DNA from: a virus
Taxonomy: Duplodnaviria > Caudoviricetes
DNA: 64,000 bases
Virus record (IMG/VR): IMGVR_UViG_3300017922_000003
Location: 1,340-65,339 of that record
Direction: 5' to 3' (one strand)
The notes below the pieces were generated by a model. It saw only the letters and a list, made by a program, of their open reading frames with translations. It did not search any database and was not told where the DNA came from. The position numbers and the translations under genes are program-made. This document shows, one piece after another, positions 56,143-64,000 of the stretch; the stretch's first letter is position 1; each line of letters starts with the position of its first letter.

Positions 56143-56159
56143 ACAAGGAGTGATTTCTA

Positions 56160-56489
56160 GTGGCAATGAACACAGATTATCTAAATGAAATTGCCGACGC
56201 AGGAGGAGCAGTAGCCACACACATAATGCTCATCGATAATTCCGACACAAAAATCGATACTCTTAAAGCAGCCAATTGGACTGCAGCCAGCAACGGTACT
56301 ATAAGACCAGGTTCAGACCTTACATTTAGTGTACCGGCTGGAACAACTGTCAAAGGCTGGAGAGCATACGATTCTGAAGAAGTAACAAACTATGGCGGAG
56401 CAGATTTCGCCACACCCGAATCGTTTGAAAACGATGGTGAATTTACAATAATCGCTGCGTCAACAGGTATTGTTCACAGCGCAACATAA
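56160..56489 (+). CDS. Small tail-fibre-associated structural protein (109 aa)
   Basis: W.AASNG...LTFSVPAGTTV.G...F...GEFTI pattern; RBS AAGGAG. Confidence 0.65.
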   Translation: MAMNTDYLNEIADAGGAVATHIMLIDNSDTKIDTLKAANWTAASNGTIRPGSDLTFSVPAGTTVKGWRAYDSEEVTNYGGADFATPESFENDGEFTIIAASTGIVHSAT

Positions 56490-56546
56490 TGACATAACGG
56501 GGGCTGCAACGCCCCCATTCTGCCTTTCTTTCTTTGAGGTGATTTA

Positions 56547-58439
56547 ATGCCAAGACTCAATTCAGCCAATAATGCTAATTCTACGTTAGCTGCTGGAATA
56601 TCTGATGTTGATACTACGCTTACAATACAGGACGCTTCCGAATTTCCGGCAGCGCCTTTTAGATGTACTATATATGAAAGATATCCTGAAAATGGAGAGA
56701 TAGTTGAAGTTTCAGCCGTTGATGGAACTACATTCACTGTAACACGCGGAATGGAAGACACAACAGCTCAATCGTGGGATGCTGGTATGAAGGTCGGACT
56801 GTTTGGTACTGCAGGACAGTATGATGAACTTATCAGCGACTCTGACGTAGACAGTTCTAATACAGCGGACAAGATAGTTAAAAGAGACTCCAGCGGAAAC
56901 TTCAGCGCAGGAACAATAACAGCTGCACTGAACGGAAATGCCTCAACGGCTTCAGCTCTAGAAACTTCAAGAACAATCGAGTTGACAGGAGACGTTTCTG
57001 GTTCTGCTTCGTTTGATGGTAGCAGCAACGCATCTATTTCAGCGACAGTAGCTAACAATTCACATACACATACAAGTTCCAATATTTCCGATGCCACCGA
57101 TTCCAACACAGCCAATATGATTGTCAAGAGAGATTCAAGCGGTGGATTTAGCGCTGGAGCAATAACAATGGCCAGTGGTAATGTCGTGAACGATCTTGTT
57201 ATAGATGGCAATTTAACAGTTAATGGTACTGAAACTATCGTTAATGCAGAAACATTAGAAATTGCTGACAATGTAATGGTTTTGAATTCAAATTTTACTT
57301 CCGGAACTCCTACCGAACATGCCGGAATAGAAGTTTCAAGAGGAGACTCTTCAAATGTCCTATTGAGATGGAATGAAACAAGCAATTACTGGGAAATGAC
57401 GGAAGACGGTACAAATTATTACAGGTTGCTCACCACAGCTGATGAGGGCACAGGTAATGGTTTAGATGCAGATACACTAGATGGTAACGAAGCTACTCAT
57501 TTTGCAACAGCGTCAAACCTTTCCAGTCATACTGGAGACACAAGCAATCCTCACAGTGTTACATCAACTCAAGCCAGCTACGATAACACAACTTCTGGAT
57601 TAACTGCCACTAACGCTCAGACAGCCATAGATGAAGTAGAAGGGCGTCTTGATACAGCTGAAAGTAATATATCATCACATATAGGTACAACAACCGGTAA
57701 CCCTCATAACGTTACCAAGAGCGACGTTGGATTGGGCAATGTTCCAAATACCGATATTGCTTATTCAAGCACAATAGCTGCCGATGATTTCACACAGGCA
57801 GAGGTAGATAACCTTAGGGCAGCCAAATTGGATGATGGTACTACTCCTTGGACATCTAAAGCAGAAAGCACAGATAGTAGATTTCCAACAAGTGATGAGA
57901 AAGACGCTTTAGCTGGAACTGGAACACCGAGTAGTACAAATGTCTATGTAACTAATGATGATAGTAGGTTAAGTGATGCCAGAACACCAACAAGCCATGA
58001 TAATACACATCATTCTGAAACATATATAACTGAAGTATCAGACGACACTACTCCACAACTTGGAGGAAACTTAGACGCAAATGACAAAATAATAGGTAAA
58101 CCAGTTATAAAAGACTATGGAGAGGAAATTAAAGCTCATGGTACAACTGGCGGTTCAATAACCTGTGATATGCAGGATGGAAATATTCATACCATAACGC
58201 TTAATGCTGATACAACATTTACATTCTCCAACCCACCCGCAAGTGGAACAGCAGGTTCGTTCACACTTATGCTAAATCAAGACAGTACAGCGAGAACTGT
58301 TACATTTCCAGCAAGCGTTAAATGGGAAGGCGGGTCAGTCCCAGATTTATCAACTGTTTCAATTCTTTATATCCTAACGTTTATAACAACTGACGGTGGA
58401 ACAACTTGGTATGGCTGGCTTTCAGGAAGTGATTTCTAA
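56547..58439 (+). CDS. Tail fibre protein (630 aa)
   Basis: N-terminal ANNA.STLAAGI...EIV.V...TVTRG.E.T; repeated NTA..IVKRDSSG.FSAG; LDADTLDG; H...NPH.VT repeats; C-terminal TFSNPPASG...WEGG..P...DGGTTWYG. Confidence 0.85.
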   Translation: MPRLNSANNANSTLAAGISDVDTTLTIQDASEFPAAPFRCTIYERYPENGEIVEVSAVDGTTFTVTRGMEDTTAQSWDAGMKVGLFGTAGQYDELISDSDVDSSNTADKIVKRDSSGNFSAGTITAALNGNASTASALETSRTIELTGDVSGSASFDGSSNASISATVANNSHTHTSSNISDATDSNTANMIVKRDSSGGFSAGAITMASGNVVNDLVIDGNLTVNGTETIVNAETLEIADNVMVLNSNFTSGTPTEHAGIEVSRGDSSNVLLRWNETSNYWEMTEDGTNYYRLLTTADEGTGNGLDADTLDGNEATHFATASNLSSHTGDTSNPHSVTSTQASYDNTTSGLTATNAQTAIDEVEGRLDTAESNISSHIGTTTGNPHNVTKSDVGLGNVPNTDIAYSSTIAADDFTQAEVDNLRAAKLDDGTTPWTSKAESTDSRFPTSDEKDALAGTGTPSSTNVYVTNDDSRLSDARTPTSHDNTHHSETYITEVSDDTTPQLGGNLDANDKIIGKPVIKDYGEEIKAHGTTGGSITCDMQDGNIHTITLNADTTFTFSNPPASGTAGSFTLMLNQDSTARTVTFPASVKWEGGSVPDLSTVSILYILTFITTDGGTTWYGWLSGSDF

Positions 58440-58879
58440 TGATAGCCGATAGATTGAGAATGAAGAAAAAACCTTCTTCATATATTTATTATTATGGTGA
58501 AGGCAATGATAATTTAGATGCTCCTGATGGTTGTACTAAAGAAGAAGATTATATTTATATGTATGCAAGAGCTTCGGCTTGGGTAGTTACAGCAGCACAA
58601 TACTCTCTTGAAAATTATAATAGTGTAGAAGCAGTTATGATTGGAAATATTAGGGCTGAATGTACTAATTGGATTAAAGTAGCCATAAGTACTTATAGTA
58701 ATATGTCAACCCTTGATAGTACGTTTGACGCAGAAGAAAGAATAGATAATGTTGTTAATCAACTTTATACTATAACTTTGGACATATCTTCATTCAATAG
58801 CTCAAAGTATATTTATGTACTTACACGATCATCATACCCCTACTCTGCCAGTAAATTATACTCAGTTAGATTAATATAA
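58439..58879 (+). CDS. Probable fibre tip / receptor-binding protein (146 aa), AT-rich
   Basis: TAATG-coupled to the fibre gene; beta-rich, Tyr/Ser-rich; visibly lower GC. Confidence 0.55.
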   Translation: MIADRLRMKKKPSSYIYYYGEGNDNLDAPDGCTKEEDYIYMYARASAWVVTAAQYSLENYNSVEAVMIGNIRAECTNWIKVAISTYSNMSTLDSTFDAEERIDNVVNQLYTITLDISSFNSSKYIYVLTRSSYPYSASKLYSVRLI

Positions 58880-58953
58880 AGAATTGGAAGGTGTAATTAT
58901 GATAGCAAATAGATTGATAATTTTGAAATTAGAGTAAACGGAGAGTGATATAG

Positions 58954-59628
58954 ATGTATGTATTAGTTGAGAATAATGAAGTTGTAAAGAAAGGATTACC
59001 CAAAACAGGACAACTAAGCGATGGTAGATGGGTTTCCAATTATCATTTGTTGCCTGAAGAAACTTTACTTGCTGAAGGCTGGTTACCTCTGATAGATAAT
59101 ATTCCTGCTTATAACAGCGAAACTCATAGACCTGTTAGAACTGGTTTTGATATTTACCCAGATAGAGTTGAAGCCGTTTATACACTTGAGGAAATATTGC
59201 CACCACAGATAACAGAAGAAGAATTACAGGATAGAGCGGTAAAAAAGATTATCAAAAAGAATGTAAATGACCAGATAGCAAATGGTGAAATTTCAGGAAG
59301 CGAAGTTTATGAATATGAATCCTTCATAGATGAATGGAAAGCTGGAATTGCTTATTCAGCAGGTAACATAGTGAAGTATAATGAAAAGCTTTACAAGGTT
59401 TTACAAGCTCACACTTCACAATCAGACTGGACTCCAGAAAGAGCAGTTAGCTTATTTGCTGTTTATACAACTGGAATATCAGACTGGGTTCAACCAACAG
59501 GAGCTCATGATTGTTACAATGCTGGTGATATGGTTTCTTACAAAGGTAAAACATATAAGTCTTTAGTAGATGGTAATGTCCGGAATCCAGAAGAGTATGA
59601 AGGTAGATTGTGGGAACTACAAGAATAA
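58954..59628 (+). CDS. Tail protein with two C-terminal CBM5/12-like carbohydrate-binding modules
   Basis: W.AGIAYSAGNIVKYN.KLYKVLQAHTSQSDWTP and WVQPTGAHD.Y..GD.V.Y.GKTY.SL.DGNV motifs. Confidence 0.8.
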   Translation: MYVLVENNEVVKKGLPKTGQLSDGRWVSNYHLLPEETLLAEGWLPLIDNIPAYNSETHRPVRTGFDIYPDRVEAVYTLEEILPPQITEEELQDRAVKKIIKKNVNDQIANGEISGSEVYEYESFIDEWKAGIAYSAGNIVKYNEKLYKVLQAHTSQSDWTPERAVSLFAVYTTGISDWVQPTGAHDCYNAGDMVSYKGKTYKSLVDGNVRNPEEYEGRLWELQE

Positions 59629-59779
59629 TGAATATAACAATTGACTAATATGTAATAAATTAGTGAACACGCAATACAATGCGTGGTTACAACCATATAA
59701 GGGGTTAGGTGGATGTTCACTAATAGACATCAAGTAAATACAACTAACGAAAACTAAAAACACAAACGAGGTCTTATAA

Positions 59780-62629
59780 GTGTTTACCAATAGAGCTAAT
59801 TTTAACCAAATAGAATTTAACGGACTAGCTCTTCAAGTAGAATCAGCTGGTTCTGAAACAAATATCAGCGCCTCTGTAGAAATATCTGGGTACAAAGGTA
59901 TTTCACTTGGTGCTCAGACAACAGTTTCTGTTGGTACCGAAAGCTCTGTTGGTAAATCGACAAGTCTCTATTCCGAAACATCTGTAAGCATATCCACACA
60001 GCATGAATTTAGTATTCTAATTCGTGCGCCTCCTGCAGAATCTACAATAATAGCAGGAACGGAAAGTGATTTTTATAAATCAACAGATATTGGCATTGAT
60101 GCAAATGTTAATATCAATACAGAATATTCCTTCCAAAAAGAAATATCAGACAGCTCAGAAACACAAGTAAATGCTTCTGTTGAAAGTGGTGTAGAAAAAT
60201 CTACACAGCTTAATGTTGAAACAAGTGTACTAATTGCTCCTGAAATTGATGGTTTTAAGAAAATATCAGATAGCAATGAAACATCAGTTATAATAGATAC
60301 AGAATCAGACATTCAAAAATCATCTTCAAACAGTCAGGAAACACATACTTACATCAGTACCGAAGCTAATAGTTATAAAATAATATCATTGGCTAATGAA
60401 ACAGAAATAACAGCAGCTACTGAACGTTCTGGTTTAAAAACTACTTCACTTGGAAAAGACACCAATGTAGTAACTTCAACCGAGCATGATTTTTATAAAA
60501 CAGCAACTGTTGGTAATGAAGCTAATGTAATTACCATAACAGAGATAGATGGTTACAAGAGTGTATCTGCTGGTGCTGAAACAAGTATTACAACAAGTAC
60601 ACAAACAGCATATACAAAGCTGGAAAAACGTGGTGCAGATACAAGTGTAATTATAAGCACAGAGCAAGCTGCAACCAAATCAGTTTCTGTAGGTGCTGAG
60701 ACTTCAGTAACAGCAAACAGCGAATCATCTGTCAAGAAATTTACAGCTGACAGTATTGAAACTGAAACCCTTGCAACGACAGAAATTAATGGCTATAAAT
60801 CAATTTCAAATAACTCCGAAACAAATATATCAATATCTACCGAAGCAGGACTAATAAAATCTATTGAAAATAGTAATGAAGCCTCTATTAACGTCGCTTC
60901 AGAATGGGACGGTTACAAAAGTAATTTTATTGGTTCTGAAACAACTGTAGACGTACAAGCTTCAGGAACACCCAAAAAATCCGTGTCGGATTTTGCAGAA
61001 ACCGATATCTCTGTCAATACCGAATCTGAATATTACACTGGCGGAACAATTGTTTTTGTTTCTACAAAAGGTTACGGTGAAAAACAAGTATCGCTTGGTT
61101 CTGACACCGATGTTTATGCAACAACAGAAATGTCTGGTTATAAAACCGCTTTTGCTGGTGCTGAAACACAGGTTGCTACCTCTACTGAAAGCTCTGTTAA
61201 AAAATATGTATCTAACGGTTCAGACACACAAATAAATGTTTCCACAGAATCACTATATACACGTTCTGCACAAACGGCAGTGGTAATTTCTACTGAATAT
61301 GCTGCTACAAAGTATGTTTCTGCTGGTGCTGAAACTTCTGTCATAACAAGTACAGAAAGCTCTGTACAAAAAGAAATTACAGATAGCAGTGAAACAAGTG
61401 TCCTTGTAAACACAGAAAAAAACGGGCAAAAGAAGATAATCAATTTTAATGAAACCGATATATTTGTAAGTTCCGAAACCGCTGAATATAAAAATCCAAC
61501 TGTAGGTAAATCAGCTGTTGTAACCATTGATACATCTGGAAACGGGTCAAAACAAACGGACAACGATTCCGAAACAACTGTATACGTAACACCAGAAATA
61601 TTTGGACAAAAAATAATAGTCGATGAATCAGAGACAACAGTGAATATTTCTTCGACCTCAGATGTATTTAAGACAGTTTCTCAAAGTGCACAGACGGAAA
61701 TTGTTGTTTCTAGCGAATCAGAATATTCAGAATCTTCAAGCCGTGCTGGCGAAGCTACTGTTAACACAACCACAGACGCAGATGGTTATAAACATATTTC
61801 TTTAGGCTCAGAAACAAATGTTGGAGTATCCACCACAAGCAGTGTAAGTAAAGATGTAGAACTCGGCAATACTACCAATGTAAATGCAACTTGTGAAACA
61901 AATGGTTACAAACAAATATCGAACCAATCTGAAACAAACATTGTTACATCTACTGAAGGAAACGGTTTTAAAGCAACATCTTTGGCATTAGAAACAACTG
62001 TAAATGCTTCTACACAAATTGAAGCTATCAAACAAATTCCTGACAGCGCAACAACAACAGTGAATATATCAGCAAGTTCAGGATTATTTACAAGTAAATT
62101 TATAACATCTTCGCTGGATGCCATGGGAGTAATAATAACTCCGACCACAATAAGAAAGCGAATAAGGGTATCCACACTAAAAAAACAGTCACTGACAGGA
62201 ACAATCGAAGTGAATTCTATGGCTACAAACTCAATAAGTTCTACACTTCAGGCGCAGGCATACGAACCACCATGCATAACAAGCACCATATCTGCGGTAG
62301 CAGTGCCTGAAAATGAACACAAAATACTCTTTGGAGGTGAAAGCGGTAGCTATCTCGGCAGTATTGACGTTAGACAGCCGTCATCAAACAGCTATTCATA
62401 CACGCTGGTTGATGGAGAAACAGACGCTGTTATCGGTCAATACAATGGCATGAGATGGGATATCGCGCGAGCTACCAACTCCAGAGGAGTAATATTAAAG
62501 GCCTCGACTAAAGCTGACAAAGACAAGCTTGTAAATATGCTTGACAATCCAGATTCACCTCTATACATGTTAAAGTCCGCAGGAAAACCCATTGTGATTG
62601 TTTTTAACAACACAGCATACATTTATTGA
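59780..62629 (+). CDS. Ser/Thr-rich 20-aa repeat fibre-like protein (949 aa)
   Basis: About 35-38 repeats of ET.V..STE...K.(I/V)S; N-terminal FN..EFN motif; RBS GAGG before GTG. Confidence 0.75.
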   Translation: MFTNRANFNQIEFNGLALQVESAGSETNISASVEISGYKGISLGAQTTVSVGTESSVGKSTSLYSETSVSISTQHEFSILIRAPPAESTIIAGTESDFYKSTDIGIDANVNINTEYSFQKEISDSSETQVNASVESGVEKSTQLNVETSVLIAPEIDGFKKISDSNETSVIIDTESDIQKSSSNSQETHTYISTEANSYKIISLANETEITAATERSGLKTTSLGKDTNVVTSTEHDFYKTATVGNEANVITITEIDGYKSVSAGAETSITTSTQTAYTKLEKRGADTSVIISTEQAATKSVSVGAETSVTANSESSVKKFTADSIETETLATTEINGYKSISNNSETNISISTEAGLIKSIENSNEASINVASEWDGYKSNFIGSETTVDVQASGTPKKSVSDFAETDISVNTESEYYTGGTIVFVSTKGYGEKQVSLGSDTDVYATTEMSGYKTAFAGAETQVATSTESSVKKYVSNGSDTQINVSTESLYTRSAQTAVVISTEYAATKYVSAGAETSVITSTESSVQKEITDSSETSVLVNTEKNGQKKIINFNETDIFVSSETAEYKNPTVGKSAVVTIDTSGNGSKQTDNDSETTVYVTPEIFGQKIIVDESETTVNISSTSDVFKTVSQSAQTEIVVSSESEYSESSSRAGEATVNTTTDADGYKHISLGSETNVGVSTTSSVSKDVELGNTTNVNATCETNGYKQISNQSETNIVTSTEGNGFKATSLALETTVNASTQIEAIKQIPDSATTTVNISASSGLFTSKFITSSLDAMGVIITPTTIRKRIRVSTLKKQSLTGTIEVNSMATNSISSTLQAQAYEPPCITSTISAVAVPENEHKILFGGESGSYLGSIDVRQPSSNSYSYTLVDGETDAVIGQYNGMRWDIARATNSRGVILKASTKADKDKLVNMLDNPDSPLYMLKSAGKPIVIVFNNTAYIY

Positions 62630-62648
62630 TGTTATTTCTAACAGTGAG
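62630..62648 (+). promoter_or_regulatory. Late promoter motif TGTTATTTCTA-N5-GAG
   Basis: Exact motif immediately after the 949-aa stop. Confidence 0.8.
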
Positions 62649-62675
62649 CGATGAACGTACAGGAGGTATATTAAA

Positions 62676-63524
62676 ATGGCAGAAACAGTCACACTGACTA
62701 TAGAAGGAAGTAATTTTTCACTGGATAGCAATAGTTTTACCAACACAGCTTATAACTCAAATAACCAGACGGTGGTTTTGGATAGACCAGGAGACATTCC
62801 ATATATAGAATTCGGCGCAACGGCAAGTTCAAGCGAAACGGCGCCCGTTATTGATCTAGCAATAACATCAAGCATCCTCTCTGAATTTGGTGTTTCCAGC
62901 GGAGAAGTTGCAATAGAGGATTTTGCAATAACCGACAACAGTTACAACATCTTATACTACTGGGTATATGATGACAGCGGAGAATCACCAGCTTTGGTAA
63001 CGGATGGTTCTGTTAATTTAACAACAGATCATTACATAAGATTTCAGTTCAAAAAGCGTTCCGATAATTCAGAAATTACGTTGTCCAATACCGGAACCTT
63101 TAGATTGACAAGATACAACGCCAACGACAATAAAATGACAGATTCAGAACCAGGTACTGTTACTGCGGGAGTTAATATCGATGAAACATATACAACCTAT
63201 CACCCAACCGGAACATGGTTAAGTCCTGTCATTGATTTAAAAGAATCGCCCATCAGTATGTATTATGGATGGACAGCTGATGAATCTGGAGATACAAGGG
63301 TAGATATAGATATGATAGCACCCAAACAAATAGAATATAGAATATCCAATTCTATAAGTGCATCAGCTTCCAGCATAGGAGCTGTATCAAGTGGAGATGA
63401 AAGTTACTACCTATATCCAACAGACGCAATGGTTTCGCCGGACGATTGGTTAAGCACGGCGAACGGAATAGACGTAGCTTCAAAAGATAGATATGTACAA
63501 TTCAGAGTTACGTTTATTAGATAA
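62676..63524 (+). CDS. Virion structural protein (282 aa)
   Basis: GTWLSPVIDL and RYVQFRVT motifs typical of tail appendage proteins; RBS AGGAGGT. Confidence 0.7.
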   Translation: MAETVTLTIEGSNFSLDSNSFTNTAYNSNNQTVVLDRPGDIPYIEFGATASSSETAPVIDLAITSSILSEFGVSSGEVAIEDFAITDNSYNILYYWVYDDSGESPALVTDGSVNLTTDHYIRFQFKKRSDNSEITLSNTGTFRLTRYNANDNKMTDSEPGTVTAGVNIDETYTTYHPTGTWLSPVIDLKESPISMYYGWTADESGDTRVDIDMIAPKQIEYRISNSISASASSIGAVSSGDESYYLYPTDAMVSPDDWLSTANGIDVASKDRYVQFRVTFIR

Positions 63525-63542
63525 CACACGGAGGTTTAAACC

Positions 63543-64000
63543 TTGAATACAAAGAAACTATTTCGCAACCTCATAGATCAAAATAGGGGCGAATTTAATG
63601 TATTTGTTCGCTACGCCACGGGTATTGCGGGCATTTTTCCCACGCCGTCCGATCTTCCAGATTATGGCAAGATAGCGTTTGTGCTTGATCCAGAATCAAT
63701 ATATATACGCAAGAGTAGCGGGTGGGAACTGCTCGTTTCTTCAGAATCTGGGGCAAGTGAAGAATGGATAAGAAACATCGTTATGATGTACATAGCCCAG
63801 ATATTAAATGTATCTGGAACCAACACACTCATTGGCGGTGTGTTGTTGAACAAAGCTCTTGACGGAACGATTGAGGACGGTACGATACTTGTTAGAGGCT
63901 ATGACGAAAACGATATTCTTAATTATTCAGAACCAGCTAATTTTATAACTCCAACCAACAGTTATACGCTAAGTACAAACAAGTGTATATTTTCATATCC
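63543..64000 (+). CDS. Hypothetical structural protein, partial (runs off the window end)
   Basis: GGAGG then TTG at 63543; frame is open to the end (MNTKKLFRNLIDQIGGEF...). Confidence 0.65.
   Translation, partial: MNTKKLFRNLIDQNRGEFNVFVRYATGIAGIFPTPSDLPDYGKIAFVLDPESIYIRKSSGWELLVSSESGASEEWIRNIVMMYIAQILNVSGTNTLIGGVLLNKALDGTIEDGTILVRGYDENDILNYSEPANFITPTNSYTLSTNKCIFSY

Noticed and set aside
58439-59628. Diversity-generating retroelement target
   Set aside because: No reverse transcriptase and no template/variable repeat pair differing at adenines was seen in the window.
8734-63853. Numerous short minus-strand and out-of-frame ORFs in the late arm (and plus-strand ORFs over the RNAP gene)
   Set aside because: They are shadows of long genes, lack RBSs and show mirror-image composition (e.g. 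the Ser-rich 18897..19373).
1-64000. Alternative genetic code, or introns/inteins in terL, portal or MCP
   Set aside because: Genes tile densely under the standard code with TAA, TAG and TGA all used as stops; core proteins are of normal length with no intein or homing-endonuclease motifs noticed.

Overview
The window is part of a large contractile-tailed (myovirus-like) bacteriophage genome with two divergent arms that meet near 8.75 kb. Left arm (1-8.5 kb, minus strand): small early-type genes, long hairpins, several short dispersed motifs and an 870-aa protein. That protein carries the ordered signatures of a single-chain two-barrel (beta + beta') RNA polymerase, but its catalytic loop reads GGDDDDD and the chain ends only 54 aa later. 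The RNAP cassette (about 3.1-8.75 kb) is bracketed by inverted arrays of an 11-bp box, CAARGTCGTTA. Right arm (8.85-64 kb, plus strand): a long morphogenesis module with TerS, TerL, portal, protease/scaffold, decoration protein, major capsid, tRNA-Thr(UGU), neck, sheath, four tube-like genes, chaperones, three giant (1.9-2.3 kaa) proteins, baseplate and fibres. Two of the giants carry nuclease domains with intact catalytic residues (DEDDh, SNase). Nearly every late operon starts with TGTTATWTCTA, usually followed by N4-5-GAG. No replication, lysis or integration genes were recognised. All functional calls come from reading motifs and gene order by eye; no database search was run.
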